Assembly: GCA_000388065.2 (NCBI GenBank)
Contig: KB932201.1
Strand: one strand, 5' to 3'
DNA length: 64,000 bases
DNA from: Fonticula alba ATCC 38817
Lineage: Eukaryota > Protista > Nucleariida
Shown here: piece by piece, positions 1-13,800 of the stretch
Layout: every line of letters begins with the position of its first letter
Position numbering within the stretch: the first letter of the stretch is position 1
Notes under the pieces: generated by a model
Databases searched by the model: none
Told to the model about the DNA's origin: nothing
Seen by the model: only the letters and a program-made list of their open reading frames with translations
Position numbers and translations under genes: made by a program

Positions 1-1480
1 CCCCCCCCCCTCCCCCCGCTCCCCCGTTCTCAGCCATGCCGCACACCCGTCGCAGACAGCCGCATACTCTCGCCAGAGGGGACCACCAAAGAAGATACGC
101 CCGAGGGCCGGGAGGGCGGGAGACACACTCCGGCGGGTCCCTGGACGGGATGTAAGTTTGAATAATGCATCGGTATTTGCTGGTGCGGAGACACCCCTGG
201 CGAGCCAGGGGGCTGTTGCCACCACCCCCGCGAGGCCCTTCCAGTACCCGGCCGTTTTCTCCCCCCCCCCCCCCAGGTGGGAGATGCCTGAGGATGCTGG
301 CCGCCTTTGCGCCGGCCGCGCTGGGCCGATCTGCGCCGTTGCCCACCCCAAGGGAGCTGATCGGCCGCGGCCTTTTGTTGCGGGGATCAGCCATTGACCT
401 CCTCGCCCCAAAGGGCGAGCACCTCTCGCGCGTGCCGGTCTCTCCCCACCGGTCAAGGCGCTCACGGCCCAAGACCCCGGATGTGCCTTGGGTCGAGCAT
501 CGGCGGATGCTCTTTTTCTCGCTCGCGCTTGCGCCGGACCTTTGCCGAGACACGGGGGCCACCACACGGCACCACGATTCGCCAGGCCCCCGCACCCCGC
601 CTCCCCGACCCGGATGCTCCTGCCCCGGCCAGGCATGCACCCCTGGCGCGGCCCCGAGTGTTGTTCCCCTGTTCCCCTGTTTCCCCGGGTCCGCCCGGGG
701 GAGGGAGGGGGGGGGGGGGNNNNNNNNNNNNNNNNNNNNNNNNNNNNNNNNNNNNNNNNNNNNNNNNNNNNNNNNNNNNNNNNNNNNNNGGGGGGGGGGG
801 GAGGGGGGCGAGAGAGAGAGAGGGGAGAGCCACCCCCCTCCCCGTTCAGCCCCAGGGGGACGGTCCCCCTGGCCCGGCACCGGGCGCACTAGGACCCATG
901 GTCCCCCACTCGCACTGCCGCTTGGTGGCCTGCCTTCCTGCCTGCCTTCGCCGTGTCCAGTCAGGCATGTCTGTCAACGATTTGAGGGGCGCCCGAAGGA
1001 CCTTGCGGCTTGTGGCGCCCCGGCACTGCATTCCCCCCCTCCTCTCCCCTGCCTGCCCGCCTGCCTTTCCGCTTGCTTGCCTCTCCTTCATCCTACCCTC
1101 CGGCCCTGCGGCAAAGCGACAGCCCTCCCCCCGCTCTTGCTCCCTCCCCCTCTCGCCCGCCTGTTCGTCACCCTCCTCCCTGACTTCTTGCTGATCTGGG
1201 GCCTTGCGACTTTCTGCTCACATCCTCATCCTCCCCGCCGCCCTCCCTCCGTGCCGCCTCCGCCCCGCCCCAATACTAGGCGTCGAATCTGTGAGCTTTT
1301 TGTGCGACATCTCCCCCCTCCGGCCTCCGGCCTCTTCCTCTTCCCTGCCCCCCAGTTGCACATTACTCATCCTCTCCTGTCCCTGTCGCCTCGGTGGTGT
1401 GCTTCGCCCCTCCTGCCCAGCTGTGTGGCGCCTGAACAGGTCCAGCCCCGCCACCCCAGGTCCCTGCCCCCCGAGTTGTG

Positions 1481-2567
1481 ATGTCTGCCACGCCGATCGA
1501 GGGTGCGCCCTCCGTGGCCTTGTCCCTGCCATTGCCCCATGGCTTTCGCCCCGTGTTGTACCTCATGCTCCGGAGCACCTCGCTGACTGCCGAGCTGGCA
1601 TCGTCCTGTCTCTCCTCGCCCCCTCCCTCCTCCTTCTCCTCTTCCAGTGCTGGCGATCGCCTCTTTTGATGGAACTGATGACGATGAGCTTGGCTTCAGC
1701 CTCGGCGATACGCTGACCGTGATCGACAAGCCTTCCGATCACTGGTGGCTGGCCCGCCATCGCAATGAGGCCGGTTTCATCCCCTCCACCCATGTCCGGC
1801 CCATTTCCGGTACGCCCTGTCATCGCACCTGTTCTCCTGTATGATGGTACCGGAGGTCGTCCCCCCCCCCCCCCCCACTCACGCCGTCCCCTTTCCCCAC
1901 CTTCATCCAGAGGTCCAGTTTTGCCAGGCACTGGCTCCGCTGGACTCGGCCGGCGAGGGGACTCTGCACCTGGACAAGGGCGACGTGGCACTCTTCCTAA
2001 CCACGGTGCGCTCCATGCTCCCTCCCCCCTCCCCCTGTCCCGCCTCCCCGTCCCATACACATGCATGTGGACACACATATGCATGTCCACACATGTGTGC
2101 GCCTTTTCCTTGGCCTCCGCTGACTCGACTACCTCCCCCCCCCCCCCCCCCCCCCCATACCTTGAGGATGGTCTTCTCCTGATCCTCAAGAACGGCCTGA
2201 CGGGCTCTTTCCATGGCCATTCAATCAAACTCTTCCCCAGTGGGTATGTCCCGGGCTCTGGGCCACCACCTGGAGAGGAGGACGATGACGCCCCCGATGG
2301 TTATGGCGATGTGGCTCCCGAGCCAGAGGAGGATGTCGACAGTGGTGGCAGTGGTACTGCTGGTTTCGGCTCCCCCCCGGCTCCTCTTCCTCGGCCGACC
2401 CCGGCCTCGCGTTTCTCGCCGCCCCCATCGGCGACGGCTGGCTTCGCCGGGCCACCGCCGCCGGTGGCTCCCCGCCCGGTTCCTGCCGTATGTCCAACCC
2501 GGCATCCCTTCCCCCCCTTCCCGCCCCCTCCCTGGCTGACATCCTCCCTTCCGCTTCTCCCTCCCTC

Positions 2568-2599
<32 letters not shown>

Positions 2600-4338
2600 C
2601 CAGTCCCCCCCTCCCGAGGAGGATGCCATCGATACGTCTACTCCACCGAATCCGTTCACTTCCCTGCGGAGGGCTCCCTCGGTGGCTGCGCGCCCGAAGC
2701 CCCCTGCCGAATCACCTTCCGACGTGCGTGCACACATGGACAGCATGTGCCTCATTCCCGCTGGCCAATCCACGAATGCATCGCCCTCCTTTCCCCGACC
2801 TGAAACTCATCTTGTCTCTTCCCTCTCCCCCTGCCCCCCTCCCTCCCTCCCTCCCGGGCTTCCTCCTCCTCGCCTCCTGTCACCGGGTGCCCTCGCAGCC
2901 TGATGAGCAGCCTCAGATGCGCAACATGTCAGCCGCTTCCGTGCAAAATCGCATGACCGTCCGTTCGCAGTATTCGCCCTCTGGTGTGCTGGTTCCGGTG
3001 CTCGTTCCTCCCGGGGCCAATGCCGGGCCGGACAATGAGCTATTGGCCAAGCTCAACCGCCGGCGTTTCGATGATGATGATTCAGATGCCCCCTCTTCCG
3101 GGCCCCCCTCGTCTGCTGGGAGCCCGGGCCTGGCCTCAGCGTCTGGTGGCAGCAGCGGCAGTAGCAGCAGCAGCAGCAGCAGCGGCTTTTCCTCTCCACC
3201 AGCCGCCTTTTCTCGTCCACCGGCCGCGGCCCCTCCCTCGGCGACGGCATCGCAGCCGGCCCCTTCGGCGAGTACCAATGATGATGCCTCGAACGGCAAT
3301 TCCGGCGACTCCTCCGGCCGCGGGCGCTTCTTCGGCTTCAACAAGATGTCCTCGCTGACAGGTGGCCTGCCAAAGCCGGCCCCGAAGCCGGCCCCCAAGC
3401 CCAAGCCCTCCGATTCTGGCAACGCCCCCGAGTCGACGGCCAAGCCCGACTCTGACAAGCCCAGTGGGGGGATTGCCCTGCCGTTTGGCGCGCGGTCGCT
3501 ATTTGGTGGCCCCCCGCCGACGGGCACCAAGCCTCCTGCCGGGGGGCCGACCGGCGCAGGCGCTGGCGGTTTCTCCGGCCCACCGCCGCCCATCGGCCGC
3601 AAGCCCAGCACCGCGGCCACCGCGACCGCCCCCCCGTCCGATGGTCAGCCCTCCTCCCCTTCGACCGGTGGTCCTCAGAACCCCCGGCTGCGGCATCTGA
3701 CGGCGGACCGCGCGCGGAGTGCCCAGCGTCGGCCGCCGTCGGTGCGCGGGGCGGCCGCGGCCGCGGCCGCGGATGCCGCCAACAAGCCCACCCCCGGAGC
3801 CTTCGGTCCGTCGGATACTGCCCCCATTTCCGGATCGACCAGTGGGAAGCCCACTCCCGGGAGCAAGCCACGCGCGCCGGTCCCCGCTGCGGCTGCCTTT
3901 GGTGGCCCGCCGCCGTCGTCGACCACGACGACCGCCGCCGGCCCCACGACCGCATCTGCCGCTGGTGCTGCTGCCTCTTCTGGGGATTCTCCCTCGCGGG
4001 CGAGGAGCGCCAGCCGGCCTTCCCTCGGGTCGGCCACCTCGACCGAGAGCCTGTCTGCGGAGCAGCTGGAGTCGGTCGTCTCCCGGGAGATGGCCGCTCC
4101 TCTGGCGGCCATCGACAACCTTCGTCGCAAGCTCGAGGAGGAGAAGGCGCGCTCGGAAGCCCTGGCCAAGCAGGTTGAGGCCAGCAAGAAGAGCCACGAG
4201 ACGCTGATTACCATGCTGAACTCCATGGCGCAGGAGAAGCACGAGCTGGCCAAGAAGGTTGCCTCCATTGAGGCGAAGATGGCCTTCGTTGTGGAATACC
4301 TGAACGGCGTTGGGGCACACATCCCGCTGAACATGTGA
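1481..4338 (+). CDS. SH3-SH3, Pro-rich, CPI motif and C-terminal coiled-coil adaptor (CD2AP/CIN85-like)
   Basis: Exons 1481-1502, 1648-1809, 1911-2005, 2167-2487, 2604-2723, 2899-4338, all phase-compatible (intron 3 needs a GAG acceptor). SH3 #1 VLAIASFDGTDDDELGFSLGD...HWWLARHRNEAGFIPSTHV; degenerate SH3 #2 FCQALAPLDSAGEGTLHLDKGD/DGLLLILKNGLTGSF; LRHLTADRARSAQRRPP; terminal heptads IDNLRRKLEEEKARSEALAKQVE. Confidence 0.85.
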
Positions 4339-4885
4339 GAGACTATGGAGGCTTTTCGCCCGCGGGCCTTCTTCCCTCGCCGCCGCCGCCGCCGCCGTCC
4401 CCTTTCCTTTCTCGTCGAATGAACAGCTCCACCTTTACTCCGTCCTCTCTCTCTCTCTCTCTCTCTCTTTCCTGCGCACGCACTCAGCACGCCCACGCAC
4501 GCACCTCTGCCCTGTGATCTTCGGACTCTCCTCTTTTGGCGGAGACCGAAGCCCCGCACACGGGTAATCGGGGGCTGATGGGTGGGATGTGCCTGCTTTC
4601 GTTGTTGTGGAGGGCGTTTTTTTTATTGGTATTGGGCATGTGCATAGCTTCCCTCCATCAAGGAGGCGCATGGAGGGGGGGGGGGGGGGGGGAGAAGGGA
4701 ACCCAATGGGGTATCTGTTTCTTTCTCCACGGGTGATGCCTTTGGTGTGTCTCGCTGTGTTGGGGCATTTTTCCCCGGAAGCGAGAGGTACCTGCAGTAT
4801 CGGCCGACGGGTGGGCCAGAACAACGGGCATACACGCCCCTACCGGCTGGCGCAGGGGAAGATGCACGCGCGCGTGAGCACCATC

Positions 4886-5273
4886 TTACTGGGGGGAAGA
4901 GGAGCCACCGAAGGCCTGGTAGGACTCGGCACCGCCGCGACCGAAGCCACCGGGGCCGAAGAGCTTGGAGTAGCAGGGGTTGTGGCAGTAGGGCTGGCCG
5001 GAGTTCTCAGCGTGGGAGCCGGGAGCCAGGACCTTGTTGCAGTGGTTGCAGCGCAGGCACGAGGCGTGCCAGTCCTTGCCGAGGGAGGTCTTGCGCTCAG
5101 CTACGTCGGGGGAGGCACAAAAAAGGCGAGCGAAAGAGAGAGAGAGAGAGTTAGTGGAGGGGCGATGATGGGGTTCGGCGCGCGCAAAGGAGGATGAGGG
5201 GGCCGGGGTGCGACAAGGGCAGTGGGTACACACCGAAGTAAACCTCCTTGGTGCACTTGGGACACTTGGCCAT
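4886..5273 (-). CDS. CRIP1: Cysteine-rich protein 1 (single LIM domain), 84 aa
   Basis: Exons 5273-5234 and 5100-4886 (GT-AG, phase 1) give [38 protein letters not shown]...[23 protein letters not shown]. This is a full LIM Cys/His pattern with the CRIP-type Gly-rich tail. Confidence 0.95.
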
Positions 5274-7790
5274 GTTGACGGTGGTTGTGGGTGGAAGAGG
5301 GGGGGGGGAAGGAGAGCGGTGTGAATCGGAAAAAAGGGGTGCTATTTGCTCCGCCCCCGGAGCCACCGGCTCCTGACGCCGCTTAAATATGGTCTCCCGC
5401 GCGCTCCGTCCCGGCAACTTTGCGTGAATCCCCGCCGCATCTCGCCCGCGATGGCAGCGCAAGCCGGGGAGCGTACCTTCACGGGCCGAGGCGTGTCACA
5501 CCGAGGCTTGGAAAGTCCATGGGCCGTTTGCGCCGGTCCCCAGTGTCCGGCCTTGTGTTCGCGCCTGCCACACATTGCCACGCCCGGAGGGCGTCAGAGC
5601 GGTGCCTCCTGCCCCTCCCCCCCCCNNNNNNNNNNNNNNNNNNNNNNNNNNNNNNNNNNNNNNNNNNNNNNNNNNNNNNNNNNNNNNNNNNNNNNNNNNN
5701 NNNNNNNNNNNNNNNNNNNNNNNNNNNNNNNNNNNNNNNNNNNNNNNNNNNNNNTGGCCCCCCCCCCCCCCCCCCCCCCCCCCCGGCCCCTGGACGAGGC
5801 CGCCGGAGGGACTCCCCGAAGCATCATGCCACTTGTCGGGGAAAAGGTGCGACCCCGGAGCTGGCCGCCTCTTGCGGCCGGTGTGCAGCCTCTCACGGTC
5901 CGTTGGCGGGGCGCGGGCGATCACCACCAGGATAGCTGGCGGAGGCCAGACCCGGAGCCTGGCGAGGCAGGAATGCGTCCGGCCCCGCTCGAGGGGCGGC
6001 GGTGGGCGATCGCCCTGGGTCCGTCGCCCGTTGCCGAGTATCCGCATCACCGAGAATCTCACAAGGGCGCTCGGGCACTTCTGGCTTCCCCCCCTCCCCC
6101 CATCTGGGAGGCCAAGCGGGTGAGGTGCTTTCCAGGCGGAAAACGCTTGAGGAGGGGTCTAAGAAAAGGAAAAGTTGCTCCCCCGGACCCCCCCCTCCCA
6201 TGGTGCCCCTCTTGTGTGTGGTACTACCCCTGGCCCCCTCCTGGCTGCCCCCGGCATGTAGGCAAGGAGCAGAGGGCGCACCGTGTGAATGGCCAAAAAG
6301 CCCAAAGGGAGGACACTTGGGCGACGCGCAGTGGATGCGTGGGCGCCAGTGAAGCTCCGTGTACGACCGCCGTGCACAGCCAGCCCCATCAAGGGCGCCA
6401 AGGAGACTCAACGGGGGCGGGGGGCGGGGAAGGAAAAATATCAGCCCAGAGGTGGTGGGGGAGAACGCGCGTGGAAAAAGGCGCGCACTTGTCCGGCCGG
6501 GGATTCCACGTTCACCCGCGGCACGAGGGTCGGCCCGACGATAAAAAAAATAAATGAGACGCTGGGAGGTCTCGCCCAACGGCATAACAGGCGCATACGT
6601 GGGCAGATGCTGTAAATATAACATGCTAAAGGTCATGTTGATCAAATGACTGGGCCGGCATACTCATCACACGACCGCGTGCCACGTGTAGCGCGCTTCT
6701 CACGGACTCGGTCTTTCATCAAAGGAGTGACACTTTGACCGAGGGCCGTGCCGGGAAACTGCTCTTGGCAAAGAGCACCCTAGGCATGAGGAGAGGGCGC
6801 GCCAAGCTGGGAGAAAAAATACAGTCGCCTAGAGGGCGAGGATCTTGCAACCGGATCCGACACGAGTCCGGGTGCGTGCGAAAGAAACGGGATGGTACAA
6901 AATAAAAGGGACTCGCGGGGAAGACGAAGAACAGGCGTTCGAGGGTGTTACCGGTGTTTCGGTGACTCTTTCCCATGGTCTCCGACACCCTGCTGCTGGG
7001 GTCTTCGCTCTCGGGAGATGTCCTGGAGGAAGTCTCCCCTTCGACCTTTGGATTCGGTTAGGCAGCAGATCTGAGACCTCCAAACTTGCCTGTGTCTCCC
7101 TCGTCATTGGCGCTCTGTACAGGCCTAAGGTCGGCGGCCGTTCGGGAGCCAGGTTACCCCACTTTTCTCCTCGGAGGAACACTGTTTAGAATGCCGCCAT
7201 GTGTCACGGGGCTCAACTGCGTGCCTTCTGGATTCAATCAAGTGATCCACCTCCCCGGGTCGCGTCGGATCCCACCCACTGGAAGCCGCGCCCCGCCACT
7301 CCACATTGTCATCTAACACACACACACGCGTTCACGCGCGTCGTGGCGAAAGAAATGGCCCGCACATACACGCGTGAACAAACACAGGCTCGCACCCAGC
7401 CCCTTCGCCGTCTCTTCTCGTTTCATGTCCCTTTCCAAAAAAAAAGGGGATGTATTTTTGTGCCGATTGGTGTGGGCCTCAAGGGGGGGGGGGGGGGGAA
7501 GGGCGAGGCACACTCACTAAGGGGCGGCGCCTCCCCACCCCGGGCCCGAAGCAAGTTCGCGAGATGGGTGCACACGCACCACTCCCGGCCCTCTTTTCTT
7601 GTCTGCCCGGCTCCCCTCTCTCGGTGCCCTTGTCGGTGTACCACTCCTGCACATGGATCTTCCCAACAAGATGGGCTTGCGGGAGAAGGGGGAGAGGGGG
7701 GGGGGAAGAAACTATGTGCAGCAAAGAAAAAGACCAGGGGAGCACATGATTCAGCAGCTGGGAGGAGATTCAGGCGGCGGGGGGGGGGGC

Positions 7791-9340
<1,550 letters not shown>

Positions 9341-10837
9341 GGCACACACGCGCGGGCACAGGGCCAGGAAACGGGGGGAGAGGGAAGCGACGAGCAAAAG
9401 CTCAGGGAAGGAGCAAGAAGAGAGGAGGGGGAAGGAGGGAGGAAGATGGATGAGGGATGGCGCTCGTCGCCGGGGCCGCGGTGGAGCGTTTTGGCCTCGA
9501 TAAGGCGCAAGCCGATCAGAAGAACAAGAGGACGGAGCCACTAGATCGCACTTTCCATGTCCCCTCCACCGCCCCCCTCCTCCCTGTCCCGCCGCCCCCA
9601 TCCAGCCAGTCTTTCCACCTGGCCCTCACCTCATCTGCCGTTGTCCGTTCCTGCTCCCTCAGCTGCCCCTCCTCGATGGCTCCCTCAACAGTTACTGTCT
9701 TGTCCTCACAAGGACACTCAGGGCCCTGCGACTTCCCCCCGGAAGGGGTCGGGTGGACTCAAGTCGGAGGAGAAACACGAGAGGCTGCCAAAGGAGCTAT
9801 CAGCGTTGGAGGAGCGCTGTGCTTGGGAATGGTCCCGTCTATTCTGAATATCTCGCGTGATATCCAGGCGACACTCTCGCTCCCAGTTTAAACCTCTTAA
9901 CTTGTATCACATCCATGCAAAGCCCCGTTAGTTGTGAAAGCTATACCCAACCCGGAGAGCTGGCGTTCAGTTTGAGCCGCTCGGGCTCGCCCACCTCTCC
10001 CGGGGCATGCACGATCCTTTTTTTTTGCCTTTCTTACCGGCACCCTCACATTCCCCCTTCGGACAACATAAAAGGAGTGGAGGGAGGCGGAGAAGAGAGA
10101 AGGCTGACGCACGAGAACTAGGTCAGCATAGAGTGGGTTTCGGCTGGGCAGGACACGGATGGGAGAGCAGACCGAAAGAGCATGCACAGATGTATTGGAT
10201 ATGTACAAGTGAGCTTCTAGGCAGGGGGGGGGTCTCCGTTGGGTGTGGTCGGGGGACAAAAAAAACACGCACACATGCAAGCGCATCCCCAATGTGGCAA
10301 GGAAACAGGGGCAAATTGATGCGCTGCATACAATGAAAGGAGGAGGGGAGGAGGAGAGAGGGAGGGAGAGACGCAAAGAGAACGGGGTTTCTTCGAGGCA
10401 GATCGATCGGAACTGTCTATGAGATGATCTTGAACGAGGGAAAGAGTGGGAGAGGGGGGAAAAGGGGGAAAAGGGGGAAAAGGGGGAAACGAGGGCCATC
10501 GCCGCTAACTGCACGGCAAGGAGAGATTGATGGGGGAAGGGAAAAGAAAGAAGGAGAGAGAGAGAAGGGGGGGGGGGGACAGGGGAAGAAAATGCAGGGG
10601 CACAAAGATGCCTGAGGGTCGGGCCGGAGGGGCAGGTAGAACTGCTTCGGGTTGCTTGCCTCCTCACGGAGCATGGGGAGGAAGAAGGGAGAGAGCAGAG
10701 GGCGACACACATGGGGTATTGAGGCTCCGTTCCCTGGGCCGGGGCCTCCTGCCTTCTCTGTCTCTCTCGTAGCTTCTCACAAGGTTGAGGCATCGTCCCC
10801 TTCCGAAAGTGATGGAACCCCAGCGCACGCACACAAA

Positions 10838-13800
10838 TCACTGTAGAGTTGCCGAGGCGGATGGAGGAACAATGCGCGGAGAGTGGCGCCGAGAGCGCCG
10901 AGACCCACCGCCGCCAGATGAGGGGGCATGGGCCTGATGATGGCCATTGTTGCCGCCACCGCCACCACTGTTGCCGTGGTGATGATGGTGGTGATGGTGG
11001 TGATGACCGCTGCTGCTGCCGCCGCCGCCGCCGCCCATTGAAGCTTGGCCACCGCCGCGGCCAGAGCCACGACCATTGCCGGAGGAGGATCCCGACGACT
11101 GGCCGCCATTGCGACGGTCCGACCCGCTGCCAACATTGCCGTTGCTGCTGCCGCCGCCGCCGCCGCCACTGCCGCCACCGCCACTGCCGCCACTGGACAT
11201 CGAGGGCGCATACCCGCCCGAGGGATGGTGGTGGTGATGATGAAAGCCCCCGCCGTTGATGCCGACGCCGGCATTGCCAAGGGCAGCGTACTGTGGCTGC
11301 TGTGAGAAGGGCGACGCGCCGCCGGAATTCGGATGCATGGGCGACACCTGGCCGCCAACATAATGCCCATGGTGTTGCGGAGGATGGTGAGGGTGGTGAA
11401 GGTGCTGTGCCGTCGAGGGAGGAGGCGGAGGCGCGCCCGCCATGGAGGCGCCCTGCTGCACATAATGGTGGCTGCCAAAGGGCAACACACCGACAGGGGT
11501 CCCCCCGGCTGCCTGATATGGGCTGGGCATTCCTCCAGCCGCCGGATGGTGATGGCCATACGCCATGCCACCAGCACCTCCAGCGCCAGCGCCAGCGCCG
11601 GCACCCGCCAGAAGGTGCAGCCGGGCAGCATCACTTAAATCCATTGCCGAAGGTGACATCTGCTGCGGATGATGGTAGTGCTGCTGTTGCTGCTGCTGCT
11701 GCGCGAGACCGGTGGCCTGTTTGGGATGGTGGTGTTCCATGCTCGGGGCCATGGGGCCGGGTGCCGTTCCGACATGTGCAAGACCATGGTGCATCCCGGA
11801 CAGAGAAGGTGGGCCGCCATCTCCGGGCATTTGAGACGAGGCTGAGATGTAGTATGGGTGCTGCTGATGGTGGTGTTGGAGGTGATGGTACGAGGATAGC
11901 ATATGGTGTGACGGGCCTCCATTGGAGGAAGAGGCGTGCAGCTGGTGTGGATGGTGGACTGTGGGCGAATTGCTGCCGCCGCCACCGCCATTAGATGAAG
12001 ACAATATCGCGGACATGGCATATGCCCCGGCAGTTGGGGCACCGGAATGATGATGCAATTGTTGCTGACCCGTTGACATGGCCATCGACCCATGGTGGTA
12101 TGACTGCGTCGGTGAGGCAAGGTGATGGTACGGCTGCTGGGCGGCTTGCTGTGGCATATGGTGATAAGCCGGCGAAGGGGGCGCCGTCCCTGGGTGGGAC
12201 ATGTGATGCTGCGCGTGCGGGGAGTGGGGAAGGTGCGGATGGAAGGAGCCACTGCCGGCAGCCTTCAACACCGCCTCCGTGGCGTCCCCGCCGACCGATC
12301 GGGCAGCTGGCATATCGGAGGACGCCTCATGTGCGGAACTCGTGGCAAAGGTGCCTCCATTCAAGGGGTGAGGGGTGTAGGCTGAGCGACCGCCTCCATG
12401 GGTGTTGCTGCTGCTGCTGCTGCCGCCATTGCCGGTGGAAGCAGCGACACTCGAACCACTGCGGTTGACAAGTGACACGTTGCCGGCTGTGTGGCCGCTA
12501 CTGCTGGGCTTCTTTTGGCGATGGCCAGCTGCACCGGCATTGGAGACAGAGGCAGGCGGCATGGCGGCAGTTGCGGCGGTGCCAGCAGCACCAGCGGCAG
12601 TCGTGCGAGCGGCCGATGCGACACTCGCAACAGTGGCGGTGGTCCCGGTCGAGGGGGATGTCTGGTCGGCGCCGGAGATCACCTCCGGGCGCTTGGTTGG
12701 CTGGTCAACTGTCGCTGCGCCAGGGGGGTCCGTGGTGACATTCGAGCTCGACGGATTGGCGACGATCCCCGCGGTGCCTGACGGAACAGCCGGACCACCG
12801 ACACCGGACGGCGTGGAGGTGGGGGAGGTGGGCCGCGAGGCGGCAGTGGCAGCGGCGGCCGAGCCACTGGCGGCGGCACCAGTACTCCCGGGGGCAGTCG
12901 ACGCCGAGGACACCAGCAACGACAGGGGACCGCCGCCAACAAGCACCGACCCGCGGAAGCCGGTGACCTTGGTGGCCTGTGGGCCCTTGGGGCCGACAAG
13001 GCGCGTATACTCCACCGGCTCACCATCCGCCAGGGTGTTGTGCCCGGACAGGGTCAGACCACAAATGGCCGTGTGGTGGACAAAGAGGTCCGGCTCGCTG
13101 GGAAGCAGAACTGGATCCAGATCCGAGGGGCTGAGGACCAGTCCTTTGCTGGCGGCCAGCGCAAGTACCTCTTCAGAGGAGGGGACTATGCATGGGAAGA
13201 TTACCACGTCAGCGAAAGTAAAAGTGGGTAGGGCGAGAGAGAGGGAGAGAGGGAGAGAGGGAGAGAGAGGAAGAGGGAGAGCGAAGGATTGGGAGATGGA
13301 AGAGAGATGAAAATGGAGAGGATAGAAGTGGGCAAAGGTATACGCACCGGAGGGGGAAGGCGAGGCGGCGCTGTCCTCGGCGGGTGACTCGTCGGCTGAC
13401 GATGTGGCCGTTGCCGGGGCGGTAGCAGCGTTTCCGGAGGAAATGAGCGATGCCACGGCGGCCAGCGCGGCCGAAGCCGCCGATCCGGAGGAGGTTGTTG
13501 TAGCCAGGACCGCTGCGATCGAGGCCGGAGAGAACCCCTCGCTCGGGATGTCGGAAGTAGCGTCCCCAAGCCCGGGGGTGGTGGTGCTGCTGTCCGCGGC
13601 CAAAGACGAGGTGGCCAAGATGCGAGCAGCCGTGTGGGCCAACTCAAGGCGACGCTCCAGCTGCTCAAGTGTCAGAGGCACAATGAAGCCATAGCCCCGG
13701 GAGAGGTTGAAGAACTTCACCAGCCCGACACGACGATTGTCGCCCTTGGCCACAACATAGGAAGGCTCATTGAAGCTGGGCAGCATGTGGCCAGCCGTGA

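Noticed and set aside
5383-5394. CArG/TATA-like AT-rich motif upstream of CRIP1 (similar near 19023 and 28197)
   Set aside because: Imperfect matches to CC(A/T)6GG and no TSS data; not supportable from sequence alone.
6600-7300. Lower-GC intergenic stretch with a 114-aa ORF (6845-7189) and a small hairpin TGCTCTT-GGCA-AAGAGCA near 6760-6777
   Set aside because: ORF lacks an ATG start, codon bias and recognisable motif; no tRNA, snRNA or SRP signature could be matched by eye. An Rfam search would settle it.
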